Assembly (NCBI GenBank): GCA_046714175.1
Contig: JBKKBI010000069.1
Location: forward strand, 490 to 64,489
Reading direction: 5' to 3'
Length of the DNA: 64,000 nt
Origin: Acidimicrobiia bacterium
Lineage (GTDB): Bacteria; Actinomycetota; Acidimicrobiia; Spongiisociales; UBA11373
Part shown: piece after piece, positions 25,793 to 37,904 of the stretch
Layout of the letters: each line of letters begins with the position of its first letter
How positions within the stretch are numbered: position 1 is the stretch's first letter
Program-made: the position numbers and the translations under genes
Notes under the pieces: generated by a model
What the model saw: the letters and a program-made list of their open reading frames with translations, nothing else
Told to the model about the DNA's origin: nothing
The model's database searches: none

Positions 25793-27102
25793 CGCCGCTC
25801 CCCTCGCCTCCGGGCGATCAAGCGTATCGGGGTGCCGGTGAAGTCGTACTTGTCCCGCAGCCTTCCCTCCAGGAAACGCAGGTAGTCGGGACCGATCTCT
25901 CCCCCGCGCACGAACAGGACGATGGTCGGCGGTGCAATGCCAACCTGTACCGCGTACATGATTCGCCCCCGGCGTCCCCCACGGGTGGGCGGAGGGTGGG
26001 CCTCCTGCCAGGTGATGATCAGGCGATTCAACTCCGGGGTGGGGATCCGGGTCCGCCGGCTCGTCAGCACTGAGGTGACGGCATCGCCGAGCCGCTGCAT
26101 GCGGGCCCCGGTGAGTGCCGAGATGCGCAACGCCGGCGCCCAGGACACAAAGGCGAGCCGGTCGCCGACGTCGATCACAGTTCGCTCCTTCTCCTCCTCG
26201 TCGGTGGCATCCCACTTGTTGAGGAGGAGAATCAGGCCGCAACCGGCAGCCACGATCTCCTCGGCGAGTCGCTGCTCCTGGTGGGTGACGCCGGCGGTGC
26301 CGTCGAGCACCAGAAGGACCACATCGGCCTCATTCAGCACCTCGCGGGCTCGCTCGACCGAAAACGCCTCGGTCGGGCCGGCCATCTTGGTCCGGCGGCG
26401 GATGCCAGCGGTGTCGACCACCCGGTACTCGGTGCCGTCGATGTCGACCACGGCGTCGATGGGATCCCTGGTGGTGCCGGGCACCGGGCTCACCAGCACC
26501 CGCTCCGCTCCGGCCAGCCGATTGAGCAAAGTGGACTTGCCCACGTTGGGGCGCCCCAGGATCGCCAGTGTCGGCCGCGCCTCAGCCGGAGCCAGTTCTT
26601 CCTCGGCAGGCAGCCGCCGCAGAATCGTATCGAGTAGGTCGCCGATGTTGCGCCCATGGAGGGCGCTCACCGGGATCGGCTCGCCCAATCCCAACCCCCA
26701 CAGGTGGCCGGAGTCGGCATCGGCGGCTGTGCCGTCGGCCTTGTTGGCCACCAGCACCACCGGGATCCCGGAGCGGTGCACGATCCGGCTGACGGCCAGA
26801 TCCTCCTCGACGAGTGGGGTGGTGGCATCGGTGACGACGAGCACCAGATCGGCGGATCCGACCGCGGCCTCGGCCTGGTGGCGGACATCCGAGGTCAGGG
26901 TATCGCCCGCCGAGTCCCAGCCCCCGGTGTCGACGAGGACGAAGCTGCGGCCCGCCCACTCGGCCTCGAACTCGCGCCGATCGCGGGTTACGCCGGGCCG
27001 GGAGCCGACCACGGCAGCACTCCGCTTCAGAATCCGGTTCACCAGTGTGGACTTGCCGACGTTGGGCCGCCCGACGACGGCGACGATCGGGAGCCGGCTC
27101 AT
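25789..27102 (-). CDS. der: Ribosome-biogenesis GTPase Der (EngA)
   Basis: Two GTPase domains, each with GRPNVGKST Walker A, DTGG and NKAD/NKWD motifs. Start MSRLPIVAVVGRPNVGKS. Confidence 0.9.
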   Translation of the reverse strand: MSRLPIVAVVGRPNVGKSTLVNRILKRSAAVVGSRPGVTRDRREFEAEWAGRSFVLVDTGGWDSAGDTLTSDVRHQAEAAVGSADLVLVVTDATTPLVEEDLAVSRIVHRSGIPVVLVANKADGTAADADSGHLWGLGLGEPIPVSALHGRNIGDLLDTILRRLPAEEELAPAEARPTLAILGRPNVGKSTLLNRLAGAERVLVSPVPGTTRDPIDAVVDIDGTEYRVVDTAGIRRRTKMAGPTEAFSVERAREVLNEADVVLLVLDGTAGVTHQEQRLAEEIVAAGCGLILLLNKWDATDEEEKERTVIDVGDRLAFVSWAPALRISALTGARMQRLGDAVTSVLTSRRTRIPTPELNRLIITWQEAHPPPTRGGRRGRIMYAVQVGIAPPTIVLFVRGGEIGPDYLRFLEGRLRDKYDFTGTPIRLIARRRGERR

Positions 27103-27162
27103 CGGTTGTGACCCGGTTTCATCAGCGCAGGATAGGGAGGCTGCTACCCAGGCCTTCCTACC

Positions 27163-28218
27163 ATGACCCATATGGTCGATCGGGTGCTACTTGCCGAACC
27201 GCGCGGCTTTTGTGCCGGAGTGGAGATGGCCATCAAGGCGCTCACCTGGATGGTGGGTGTGTTCGATCCCCCCGTGTATTGCTATCACGAGATCGTCCAC
27301 AACTCCTCGGTGGTGGCGACGTTTCGCCGCGCCGGAGTGGTGTTCGTCGACGACATATCCTCGGTGCCGCCGGGGGCGCCTGTCATGTTGTCGGCCCATG
27401 GCTCGGCGCCGGAGGTCGCCGCCGCGGCGGAGTCCTCTGGGGCCGTCACCATCGATGCCGTTTGTCCGCTGGTGACCAAGGTGCATCATGAGGTGCGCCG
27501 CCGCGCTGATGAGGGCTACGACGTCATCTATGTCGGCCACGAGGGTCACGACGAAGCGGTGGGCACCGTGGCGGTGGCACCAGGCGCGGTGACACTGGTG
27601 GATCCGGCGGCGGGATTGGGCGAGTTCGCCGCCCGCGATCCGCAACGGGTGGCGCTGCTGGCGCAGACGACACTCGGCATGTTCGAGTGGGAGGCCGTGC
27701 TGGCGGCGGCACAGGAGCGGTATCCCGATCTGTGGACTGCCCGCCGCTCCGACCTCTGTTACGCCACCACCAACCGGCAGACGGCGGTCACTGCGCTGGC
27801 GGAGCAGAGCGACCTCGTCTTAGTCGTCGGCTCGGAAAACTCGTCCAACACCCAGGCCCTGGTGCGAGTGGCACGGTCGCGTGGGATCGCGGCACATCGC
27901 CTGGAGGGGCCCGAGGGCCTCGATCCGTCGTGGCTCGAGGGAGTGCGGGTGGTGGGGGTCACCGCTGGCGCCTCGGCACCCGATGCCGCGGTACGCGCCG
28001 TGATCGCCGCCATCGCCCCGCGCGACGGCGTGACGGCGTTGCGGGTCACTACAGAAGAGGAGTACTTCCCGCCCCCGCCTCGTCTGCGCGGCTTCATCGA
28101 GGCGCTGCAGGCGGCCGTCGAGGGCGGTTACGCCTGTCGCCGGCCGGGACTACCCGGGCCCCTGGATGAGGATCGTGCCTGGGATGCCACCCAGGCGCTC
28201 GCTCTGCTCGGCGGTTGA
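27163..28218 (+). CDS. ispH: 4-hydroxy-3-methylbut-2-enyl diphosphate reductase
   Basis: LLAEPRGFCAGVE and the conserved Cys residues. Length is 351 aa. Confidence 0.9.
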   Translation: MTHMVDRVLLAEPRGFCAGVEMAIKALTWMVGVFDPPVYCYHEIVHNSSVVATFRRAGVVFVDDISSVPPGAPVMLSAHGSAPEVAAAAESSGAVTIDAVCPLVTKVHHEVRRRADEGYDVIYVGHEGHDEAVGTVAVAPGAVTLVDPAAGLGEFAARDPQRVALLAQTTLGMFEWEAVLAAAQERYPDLWTARRSDLCYATTNRQTAVTALAEQSDLVLVVGSENSSNTQALVRVARSRGIAAHRLEGPEGLDPSWLEGVRVVGVTAGASAPDAAVRAVIAAIAPRDGVTALRVTTEEEYFPPPPRLRGFIEALQAAVEGGYACRRPGLPGPLDEDRAWDATQALALLGG

Positions 28219-28232
28219 AAGCCGCAGACTCC

Positions 28233-28880
28233 CTAAGCCCGCCCCACGAGCGCAAGTATCTGTCCCACCACCGCGGTAACGCTGAGATGCGAGGTGTCGA
28301 TCACCACTGCATCCGACGCCGGACGCAGCGGGGAGGTCTGGCGGGAGGAGTCGAGGTGGTCGCGCCGCACCATCTGTGCGATCAGCTCTTCTTGCGTCGC
28401 CCCGGCCGCTTCAGGGTCGGCGGCGCGGCGGGCTGCGCGCACGGCGACGTCGGCGGTGAGGAATACTTTCACCCCGGCCTCGGGGAAGACCACCGTCCCG
28501 ATATCCCGGCCCTCCACCACCGCATCTCCACCGTGCCGCTCGACCCAGGCGCGCTGCAGGGCGACGATGGCGCGGCGGACTCCGGGGTGGGCTGAGACCT
28601 CGCTCACGGCCGCGGTGACCTCGGGTCCGCGCAGCCGCTCATCGACCCCAGCATGGTCGAGGAGCAGATGTCCCTCCGCGGAGAAGTCGATGGTCACCGG
28701 GGCGAGTGAGTCGAGGATCCCCGTCGCGTCGCCCGCGGCGACTCCGGCCTCGAGCGCCACCAAAGTGGCTGCTCGGTAGTAGGCCCCGGTGTCGAGGTGC
28801 GGAATGCCGAGCGCCGCGGCGACGGCGCGCGCCACCGTGCTCTTCCCTACGCCGCTGGGACCATCTATCGCGACGACCAT
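28233..28880 (-). CDS. cmk: Cytidylate kinase
   Basis: VVAIDGPSGVGKST P-loop. Length is 215 aa. Confidence 0.9.
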   Translation of the reverse strand: MVVAIDGPSGVGKSTVARAVAAALGIPHLDTGAYYRAATLVALEAGVAAGDATGILDSLAPVTIDFSAEGHLLLDHAGVDERLRGPEVTAAVSEVSAHPGVRRAIVALQRAWVERHGGDAVVEGRDIGTVVFPEAGVKVFLTADVAVRAARRAADPEAAGATQEELIAQMVRRDHLDSSRQTSPLRPASDAVVIDTSHLSVTAVVGQILALVGRA

Positions 28881-30136
28881 GCGGCCTCCAGTGTCTCGGG
28901 GAATTCCGGCCAGGAGACGTTTACCGCCTCGATGCCCAGCACGGTGACCGTACCGGCCACGGTGGCGGCGACAGCTGCAGCCATTGCCATGCGATGGTCG
29001 CCCCCGGAGTAGAAACCACCCGGTCGCAGCGACGAGTGTTCGACCCTGAATCCGTCACCGGTCGCCGCGATCACCCCGCCCAGCGACTCTATGAGGCGAA
29101 CCGTGGCCGCGATCCGGTCTGTCTCTTTGGTGCGCAATTCGGCAGCATCGCCGACGATCGTCGCGCCGGTCGCCGCGACGCCGAGAAGGGCGACCAGAGG
29201 CAGCTCATCCATGGTCCGTACCGACAATGCCCCCCGTACCTCGACGCCGGTGAGCACCGGTCCGGCCACCGAGACGGTTCCCACCGGGTCGCCCAGCACC
29301 TCGCCGGTCTGCTCCACGGACACCTCGCCCCCCATGAGCCGGATGACATCGAGCAATCCGGTTCGGCCCGGGTTGAGCGAGACCCCGGGGGTGGTCACCG
29401 CGGCCTCGCCGAGCGCGGCGGCAGTCCACAAGAAAGCGGCCGAGGACGGATCGCCGGGGATGGAGATCTCGAGTGTGGGGACAGGACCGGGCTCGATGAC
29501 GAACCCGGTCGGCCCGGTGCGGTGTCCCAGACCCAGCGCCTGCAACCATCGCTCCGTGTGATCGCGGTAGCCGTCCGGAGAGTCGATCGTGCTTGCACCC
29601 TTCGCCTGCAATGCGGCCAAGGCAAAGCTGGTTCGGACTTGGGCGCTCGGCTCGGGTATCCACACCTCGGCCCCGAGCAGTGGACCGCCGGCCACGGTCA
29701 CCGGAGGCGTCCCCGCGGCCGACACCGTCACCTGGGCGCCCAGGGCAGCGAGCGGGGCGATGAGCCGGCGCATGGGGCGCAGACGCAGAGAAGTGTCACC
29801 GGTAAGGCGGGTGACGAACGGCCGCCCGGCTACGGCACCGGCTAGGAGGCGGAGCGTCGTTCCCGAGTTGGCCGCATCGACGGGCGTGGGGGGAGCCTCC
29901 CAGGCGTCGATTCCGGGCGAATCCACCCGGTCCCCGCGAATCGCCACCCCAAACCGTCCCAGTGCCCACTGGGTGGCGGCGACGTCGGCGCCGGTTCCCA
30001 GCCCGCGCAGGTGCGATTGCCCCGATGCCATCGCGGCCAGCAGCAGGGCGCGATGCGACAGCGATTTGTCGCCTGGTGGCGCCACTGTGGCCCGAAACCC
30101 ACCCCGGGGTCCGGCAAACGTGCGGCCCACAGTCAC
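28865..30136 (-). CDS. aroA: 3-phosphoshikimate 1-carboxyvinyltransferase (EPSP synthase)
   Basis: PGDKSLSHRALLLAA, LGTGADV and the C-terminal DHRMAMAAAVA motifs. The GTG start at 30136 overlaps the rluB stop (GTGA). Confidence 0.9.
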   Translation of the reverse strand: MTVGRTFAGPRGGFRATVAPPGDKSLSHRALLLAAMASGQSHLRGLGTGADVAATQWALGRFGVAIRGDRVDSPGIDAWEAPPTPVDAANSGTTLRLLAGAVAGRPFVTRLTGDTSLRLRPMRRLIAPLAALGAQVTVSAAGTPPVTVAGGPLLGAEVWIPEPSAQVRTSFALAALQAKGASTIDSPDGYRDHTERWLQALGLGHRTGPTGFVIEPGPVPTLEISIPGDPSSAAFLWTAAALGEAAVTTPGVSLNPGRTGLLDVIRLMGGEVSVEQTGEVLGDPVGTVSVAGPVLTGVEVRGALSVRTMDELPLVALLGVAATGATIVGDAAELRTKETDRIAATVRLIESLGGVIAATGDGFRVEHSSLRPGGFYSGGDHRMAMAAAVAATVAGTVTVLGIEAVNVSWPEFPETLEAAWSSR

Positions 30137-30852
30137 GGTGCGGACCCTGCGACCTGGTACAGGCTGCGGACTTCGGTGGTGCTGAGCCGTCGCCACTCTC
30201 CCGGCTTGAGGCCCGGGTCGCGAATCGGGCCGATGGCGATACGCACCAGGGCTTGCACCGGATGCCCGACGGCATCGAGCAGGCGCCGCACCTCGCGGTT
30301 GCGGCCCTCCCCCATCACGATCTCGAGGAGTGTGGCCGTGTCGCTGCGGCTCAGCATTCGCACCGTCACCACCGCAGCCGGGCCGTCGTCGAGTTGGACT
30401 CCGCGGCGCAGTCGTTGCAGCACTGCTTTTCCCGGGTGTCCGCCCACCCGGGCGAGATAGGTCTTGGTGACGCCATGCCGTGGGTGGGTGATCTTCTCGG
30501 TGAGCGTCCCATCGTTGGTCACCAGTATCAGGCCTTCGCTATCGGCATCCAGGCGACCCACGGGGTAAAGCCGCGTGCTCTGCGGGACCAGGTCGAGCAC
30601 CGTGCGCCTCCCCTGCGGGTCGTCGGCGGTGCTCACCACCCCGACCGGCTTGTACACCAGGTAGTGAACCAGGTCGGGACGGACCGGGAGCGTGATCCCA
30701 TCGACCTCGACCTGGGCCACTTCGGGGTCGATCTTTTGGCCGAGGTGGGCAGGGGCGCCGTCCACGGTGACCCTTCCCTCCCGGATGAGTTCTTCGGCGG
30801 AGCGGCGGGAGGCGATGCCGGAGTGGGCGATCAGCTTCTGGAGTCGCTCGAT
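30133..30852 (-). CDS. rluB: Pseudouridine synthase RluB/RsuA family with N-terminal S4 domain; the start codon is apparently non-canonical
   Basis: The catalytic core is present (GRLDADSEGLILVTNDG). The S4 domain ERLQKLIAHSGIASRRSAEELIREGRVTVDG is encoded in frame upstream of the first canonical start (GTG 30765). There is no in-frame ATG, GTG or TTG back to the stop at 31207. The proposed start is the ATC at 30852, which has a GGAG 5 nt upstream. Confidence 0.7.
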   Translation of the reverse strand: MERLQKLIAHSGIASRRSAEELIREGRVTVDGAPAHLGQKIDPEVAQVEVDGITLPVRPDLVHYLVYKPVGVVSTADDPQGRRTVLDLVPQSTRLYPVGRLDADSEGLILVTNDGTLTEKITHPRHGVTKTYLARVGGHPGKAVLQRLRRGVQLDDGPAAVVTVRMLSRSDTATLLEIVMGEGRNREVRRLLDAVGHPVQALVRIAIGPIRDPGLKPGEWRRLSTTEVRSLYQVAGSAP

Positions 30853-31412
30853 GGCTGCTCCGGTCGGAAGGGCCGCTCCAGGATCTCCACCATTGCCGGC
30901 GGCGGCACGTGATCGGCAAGCGGCGGCAGGTCGGCAAGCGATCCCAGCCCGAGTTTCTCCAGGAACAGGTCGGTCGTCCCGTACAGCAGCGCCTGGCCCG
31001 AGCCCGGTGCCGTGCCGATGATTTCGATCAGGTCGCGTTGCTCCAGTGTCCCCAGGGCGTGCTCCGAGTCGACCCCGCGGATCTCGGCGACCTGCCCTCG
31101 CGATACCGGCTGGCGGTAGGCGACTACGGCGAGGGTCTCCAGCGCCGCCCGAGAGAGCCGATTCGCCGTGGGAGACGCGGCGAAGCGCTCCAGGTACGGA
31201 TGGAGATCAGGACGGGTGTAGAGGCGCCATGCTCCCGCCACTGCGCGCAAGACGAGGCCGCTCCCGGAGGCGGAGAGGCGGTCACCGAGCTGCTGCAGTG
31301 CCGCGGTCACCTCCGCGGGAGGCAACTCCAGGACCTCGGAGAGTTCGCCAGTTCCGATGGGCGTTTCGGCGACGAACAGCACTGCCTCGATGGCAGCCAC
31401 CGGGTCGTTCAT
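30831..31412 (-). CDS. scpB: Segregation and condensation protein B
   Basis: IEAVLFVAETPIGTGEL and RGQVAEIRGVDSEHALGTLEQRDLI are winged-helix repeats. Confidence 0.85.
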   Translation of the reverse strand: MNDPVAAIEAVLFVAETPIGTGELSEVLELPPAEVTAALQQLGDRLSASGSGLVLRAVAGAWRLYTRPDLHPYLERFAASPTANRLSRAALETLAVVAYRQPVSRGQVAEIRGVDSEHALGTLEQRDLIEIIGTAPGSGQALLYGTTDLFLEKLGLGSLADLPPLADHVPPPAMVEILERPFRPEQPSSDSRS

Positions 31413-32170
31413 GTGTCCCACTCACTGATCAGTGCGCCCGCGGGAGCGGCAGTGCGGCGCAGAGTGATTGGAGCCCGGGCATCTGCCTGTCGGGCGTCGA
31501 CCAGGCCCCATCGGGCGAGCTCGAGCATGGCAAGAAAGTACGCCACCACTTCGATCGGCCGATCGAGATGGGCGGTGATGCGATCGAAGTCGGTCTCGAG
31601 CTCGGCCTCCACTCGTCGCCGTAGGTCGGCAATGGCATCGGTCACCGAGGGAAGCTCGAGGTCGAGATGGTCGAGCCCCGGCTCGGCAGTCGATCTGGCC
31701 AGCACCCGGTCCGCTAGCCAGGTCAATTCGGACGCAATCACGCCGATGCGAAGCGGGCGCTCGGGCGCGATGAAGCCGGGATCGAACCCGGCGGTGCGGG
31801 GCACCAGTGCCTCGGTGGCCTCGAGGCGGAGGGCGAGTACTGCGGCGACGTCCTTGAAAGTAAGGTTGGCGAGAAGGCGGGAGAGCAACCGATCGCGCTC
31901 CTCGGCGAGCAGCAGGTCCTCATCGAGGTCGACCCCGTCGTCGCCGGGAAGGAGGCGGCGCGCCTTCAACTGGATGAGGGTGGCGGCAATCATCAGAAAC
32001 TCCGACGTGACCTCGAGGTCGAATTCGCCCATGCGTTCCAGGTGCGACAAGTACTCCGTCACCAGTGCCGACAGACTCAGCTCGGTCACGTCAAGCCGAT
32101 GTGACGTGATCAACTGGAGCAGCAGGTCCAGTGGGCCCTCGAAAACGGGGGTGCGCACCTCGTAGGTCAT
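31409..32170 (-). CDS. scpA: Segregation and condensation protein A
   Basis: Start MTYEVRTPVFEGPLDLLLQLI with a kleisin-like sequence. Length is 253 aa. Confidence 0.85.
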   Translation of the reverse strand: MTYEVRTPVFEGPLDLLLQLITSHRLDVTELSLSALVTEYLSHLERMGEFDLEVTSEFLMIAATLIQLKARRLLPGDDGVDLDEDLLLAEERDRLLSRLLANLTFKDVAAVLALRLEATEALVPRTAGFDPGFIAPERPLRIGVIASELTWLADRVLARSTAEPGLDHLDLELPSVTDAIADLRRRVEAELETDFDRITAHLDRPIEVVAYFLAMLELARWGLVDARQADARAPITLRRTAAPAGALISEWDT

Positions 32171-32210
32171 CGCGGAGCCATCGTATCCGGAGCTACCCCC
32201 GACCCGGTGG

Positions 32211-32696
32211 TCATTCGTGGTCGGCGATGCGAAGAGTCGCCCAATCCGCCGGATCGACTCCGGGAGGCGCCTGTGATTCGTGGTGCTGGCGGGCGAACGC
32301 CACCACGATTCCGGACTCCCCGACGGCTGCCAGTAGCGTCGCGCCCGCCGGGCCGTGATCCAGGTAGCGCCTCATCCGCTCGGGGGCGGGAAGGTGCAGC
32401 ATGGCCAGCAGCGAGGCGATGCTGCGGCCGACGATTCCGAGCCGCGCCGCGGTCTTGCCGACATCATGAAGCAGCGCCGCCCGCACCAGATCCGCCCGGT
32501 TTGCCGCCGCTCCCGCCACCCTGCGGGCAACCCTGAAGGCGTGGGCCTGGTCCATGGCGGGTTGCGCGAAGAAGAGTGTCGAAGCCTGGGCGCCGAGTTC
32601 GGCTGCCACCTGTGCTTGGGCCTGAGGGCCAGGGCGCTGGGCCCGAATCGATCCCCAGAAGCGCCGTATCAGATGGGGCAACTGGCGCAGGCTCAT
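32211..32696 (-). CDS. HD domain-containing protein (small phosphohydrolase-like)
   Basis: H...AALLHDVGK...H...D residues. The ATG chosen at 32696 overlaps the site-2 protease stop (ATGA). The ORF's 5' extension was rejected. Confidence 0.5.
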   Translation of the reverse strand: MSLRQLPHLIRRFWGSIRAQRPGPQAQAQVAAELGAQASTLFFAQPAMDQAHAFRVARRVAGAAANRADLVRAALLHDVGKTAARLGIVGRSIASLLAMLHLPAPERMRRYLDHGPAGATLLAAVGESGIVVAFARQHHESQAPPGVDPADWATLRIADHE

Positions 32697-33337
32697 ATCG
32701 CCAGCCGCACCAGCCAGCGGATCCAGCTGCCCAAAAAGTCCAGAGATCCTTCGAACAAGAACACCAGCGCGATCAAGAGGACGAAGCCGTATGGCGCCGC
32801 TCGGGCGTACCACCGCCGTCCGGCCGGGGGGAGGATCAGGGGGAGGAGACGGCTGCCGTCCAGCGGCGGGATCGGAAGCATGTTGAACACCGCCAGGGCC
32901 GCATTGACGACGACGAACCCGAGCAGCATCCTCGCCGCCAGTCCGCCGTACTCGAGATAGATGATCTCGCCGGACTGGGAGAACGGTCCCAGCCGCCCCA
33001 CCACCAGGGCGAGGGCGAGGTTGGTGGCCGGACCGGCGAGGGCGGCGAGAGCCATCCCTTCGACCGGACGGGCGAATCCGGACGGGTTCACCGGCACCGG
33101 TTTGGCCCAGCCAAAGACGTTCTGTCCGGCCACGGCGAGCATTGCCGGCACCACCACAGAACCCAGTGGGTCGATGTGCCGGATCGGATTGAGGCTGAGA
33201 CGGCCGGCATCCTTGGCGGTGCGATCGCCGAGGCGGTAGGCGACCAACCCGTGGGCGAGTTCATGGAGGACGATCGCCGGAATCAGCAGCGCGATGAACA
33301 GCAGCGCATCGAGGAGCGGGGTCTCGTGGAGGGTCAC
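32693..33337 (-). CDS. Site-2 protease family (peptidase M50) membrane metalloprotease
   Basis: HELAHGLVA zinc motif, polytopic, with LPIPPLDGSRL. Length is 214 aa. Confidence 0.8.
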   Translation of the reverse strand: MTLHETPLLDALLFIALLIPAIVLHELAHGLVAYRLGDRTAKDAGRLSLNPIRHIDPLGSVVVPAMLAVAGQNVFGWAKPVPVNPSGFARPVEGMALAALAGPATNLALALVVGRLGPFSQSGEIIYLEYGGLAARMLLGFVVVNAALAVFNMLPIPPLDGSRLLPLILPPAGRRWYARAAPYGFVLLIALVFLFEGSLDFLGSWIRWLVRLAI

Positions 33338-33357
33338 CCGATGGGACTACGACCGGC

Positions 33358-33720
33358 TCAGCCGCCGGCAGCAGCCTTACAGTCGACGCAATGGATCGAC
33401 TCGGGTCGGTTCTCCAGACGCGCCGCCCCGATATCCCGTCCGCAGCTGATGCAGCGGCCATAGGTGCCATCGGCGACGCGGAGCAGCGCCGCATCGACCT
33501 CGGCGAGGCGCTGTTTCAGCGAGTCGACCAGGCCGAGAAGTTCGGTCCGCTCGGCGGTGGCGGCGGCGGCGTCGGCGAAGGCGCCCCCGAAGTCGAGGTC
33601 ATCACGCAGGTCGCCGGCCTCACTCGCCCCCAACTCCGTGAGCTGGTGGACCAGCTCACGGCGCTGGATTTCGAGCCGGGACTTGGCGGTTTCGTGGGGC
33701 ATGAGCGGGATCGCCTTCAA
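33358..33720 (-). CDS. TraR/DksA family C4 zinc-finger protein
   Basis: A coiled-coil is followed by the CISCGRDI...CVDC C4 finger. Length is 120 aa. Confidence 0.75.
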   Translation of the reverse strand: MKAIPLMPHETAKSRLEIQRRELVHQLTELGASEAGDLRDDLDFGGAFADAAAATAERTELLGLVDSLKQRLAEVDAALLRVADGTYGRCISCGRDIGAARLENRPESIHCVDCKAAAGG

Positions 33721-34606
33721 CTGCGCGGGTGTGTCGTCCGGTAGACCTCGAGAAGGTGGCGGGGCGACACTCGGGTGTAGACCTGAGTAGTGCTGATGCT
33801 AGCGTGACCGAGCAGTTCCTGAACGGTTCTCAGGTCTGCTCCTCCTTCCACCATGTGAGTCGCCGCGCTGTGGCGGAGCACGTGCGGCGAGGCCGCTCCG
33901 GTCGGAAGTCCGGCCCGCACTCCGGCGGCACGCACCACCTCCCAAACTCCCTGGCGGGTGATGCGACCCCCGCGCAGGTTGAGAAACACCGCGCGCCCGG
34001 AGCGCGCGGTGCGGAGCGCAGCACGATCGGGCAGCCAGGCGGCGATGGCAGTTCGGGCTGCCTCCCCAACCGGCACCAGGCGCTGCCGGTTGCCCTTTCC
34101 CGTCACCACGGCGGTGCCTTCGGCCAGGTCGAGGTCGAGCTCATCGAGGCCGACCGCTTCGGCGACCCGGCACCCGGTGGCATACAGAAACTCGAGCAGC
34201 GCCCGGTCACGCCTGCCAGCGCGCTGGCTCGGATCGGGCGCTTCGAGTAATGCGAACGTTTCTGGAATCGTCAATGCCTTGGGAAGCGATCGGGGCCGCC
34301 GGGGTGAGTCGACCAGCCGGGTGGGATCGGCGTCGGCGAGGCCCTCGGCCACGAGGAAGCGGTGCAACCCTCGCACGGCCGCCAGGCGGCGGGCCAATGT
34401 CGTGGCGGCTTTGCCGGCGGCGTGCTCGGCCGCGATGAACCCCGCAACCGAGTCGCCTTCTGGAGGGGAACCGTCGAGGTGGGCGAGGTAGGCGGTCAGG
34501 TCGCGCCGGTAGGCGGTGATGGTGGCAGGCGCCAGTCCTCGTTCGGCAAGCAGCGAGGCCAGGTACTCCTCGACCAACTGCTCCAGCGCCGCCCCCGCGG
34601 CCGGCA

Positions 34607-34607
<1 letters not shown>
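33717..34607 (-). CDS. xerD: Tyrosine recombinase XerD (chromosome dimer resolution)
   Basis: Core-binding N-domain and catalytic R..HxxR..Y residues (LRHSAATHM, QVYTRV). Its position next to scpAB and pyrG matches the actinobacterial chromosomal xerD, not a phage integrase. Confidence 0.85.
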
Positions 34608-36256
<1,649 letters not shown>

Positions 36257-36293
36257 ACCCTTGGGAGTGTGATCGTAGCACTCACCGCCGGTT

Positions 36294-37904
36294 TCACCTC
36301 GCGCGCCTTGCCGCAGCCAGGGCGAGGAGCTCGGCGGCGTGCTCCTTCCCCGACTCGCTCTCTCCGATCCCGCCGAGCATTCGGGAGATCTCCGCCACTC
36401 GCTCGTCGCCGGTCACTCGGCGTACTGTCGCCTCGCGGCCGGCGCGTTCCACCACGATGTGAGCATCGGCGAAGGCCGCCACTTGCGGGAGATGGGTGAC
36501 CACGAGAACCTGTCTTCCCGCCGCCAAACGCGATAGCAGCTCCCCCATCGCCAACGCGGTGCTGCCTCCAACCCCGGCATCGATCTCATCGAAGGCGACG
36601 ACTTCGGCGTCGGCGACGCCGGCTGCCACCCGAATGGCGAGAACGAGCCGGCTCAGCTCCCCTCCGGATGCCACTCGCCCCACCGGACCCGGGGCGAGGC
36701 CCGAGTCCGACGCGAACAGGAGCCGAACCCGGTCGGCGCCGTGGGGACCCGGAGGCGCCGGCTCCACCTCGACGAGTAGCACCGGGTCGCGGAAGCCAAG
36801 AGCCAGGAGATGGCGGCGCGCCCCGGTGGCCAGCTGCTCCCCGGCGCGGCGTCGGTGTTCCGCCAGTTGTGCCCCGCCGGCGACCGCCGCGGTCTCGGCG
36901 GCGGCGATCTCGGAGGCGATGGTCTCGGCGCGCGCGGCGAGGCGCTCCAGGTGGGCGGCGCGATCGGCGGCCGCTTCGCCGAATGCGGCCACCTCGTCGA
37001 GGGTCGACCCGTACTTGCGGCGCAGCGCCGCCAGGGCTGCCGCCCGGTCCTCAGCGTTCACCAGAGCGGCGGGATCGTGCTCGATGCCATCTACCGCGGT
37101 GCGCACATCCCGGGCGAGTTCGTCGGCCTCGGTCACCAGCCCCCGCAGCCGGGTGCCCAGGTCCTGGAGGCTGGGATCGATCCGCCCCGCCGCCTCCAGG
37201 CTCCCCAGCGATCCCCGGAGGGCGTCGCCAGCACCGCCCTCATCGTCCAGCGCCATTGCGGTCGCTCCCAGCGCCTCGATCAGCTCCCCGGCGTGGCGTA
37301 GCCGGGTCAGAGTGGCTTTGAGGGTCCCCTCCTCGCCCCTTTGGATGCGGGCGCCGGCTATTTCCGCAGACTGATGGCGGGCCAACTCCAGCTCGCGGGC
37401 GAGAGCACGCGGGTCGCCGCCGAGGGCGTCCCGATCGGAGCGGAGCGTGGTGAGACGCTGCCAGGCGGCGCGGTAGTCATCGTCGGCGCGCCGCCCCTCC
37501 GCCTCGAGCAGCCCATCGATGAGCCGGCGCACCGATGCCTCGCGCCCCAGGGCGACATGCTCGTGCTGGGCAACGATCTCCACCAGCGAGTCGAGACGAT
37601 CCGCCAGTGCCTTGGCGGGCACCATTGCTCCGTCGAGATAAGCCCGCGACTTGCCTTCCGCCACCCGGCGAGCCACAACCGTCTCGGCGGGTCCGATGGT
37701 GAACCTCCCTTCGGCACGGGCCTCGTCGCCGTGGGGGCCGACCCGATCGGCCCGGGCGGCATCCCCGCGCAATAGCCCGAGCGCGCCGAGTAGCAGGGTT
37801 TTTCCGGTGCCGGTCTCTCCGGTGACGGCCACCAGGCCCGGTCCGGGCTCGATCCGGGCGGAGCGGATGATCCCCAGGTTCTCGACGTAGAGCTCTTCAA
37901 GCAT
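36294..37904 (-). CDS. recN: DNA repair protein RecN
   Basis: The N-terminus [36 protein letters not shown] has a Walker A, followed by a coiled-coil and a C-terminal Walker B/signature. The ATG was chosen at 37904. The 40-aa 5' extension was rejected. Confidence 0.9.
   Translation of the reverse strand: MLEELYVENLGIIRSARIEPGPGLVAVTGETGTGKTLLLGALGLLRGDAARADRVGPHGDEARAEGRFTIGPAETVVARRVAEGKSRAYLDGAMVPAKALADRLDSLVEIVAQHEHVALGREASVRRLIDGLLEAEGRRADDDYRAAWQRLTTLRSDRDALGGDPRALARELELARHQSAEIAGARIQRGEEGTLKATLTRLRHAGELIEALGATAMALDDEGGAGDALRGSLGSLEAAGRIDPSLQDLGTRLRGLVTEADELARDVRTAVDGIEHDPAALVNAEDRAAALAALRRKYGSTLDEVAAFGEAAADRAAHLERLAARAETIASEIAAAETAAVAGGAQLAEHRRRAGEQLATGARRHLLALGFRDPVLLVEVEPAPPGPHGADRVRLLFASDSGLAPGPVGRVASGGELSRLVLAIRVAAGVADAEVVAFDEIDAGVGGSTALAMGELLSRLAAGRQVLVVTHLPQVAAFADAHIVVERAGREATVRRVTGDERVAEISRMLGGIGESESGKEHAAELLALAAARRAR

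Noticed and set aside
30909-32165. 418-aa plus-strand ORF
   Set aside because: It is antisense to scpB and scpA.
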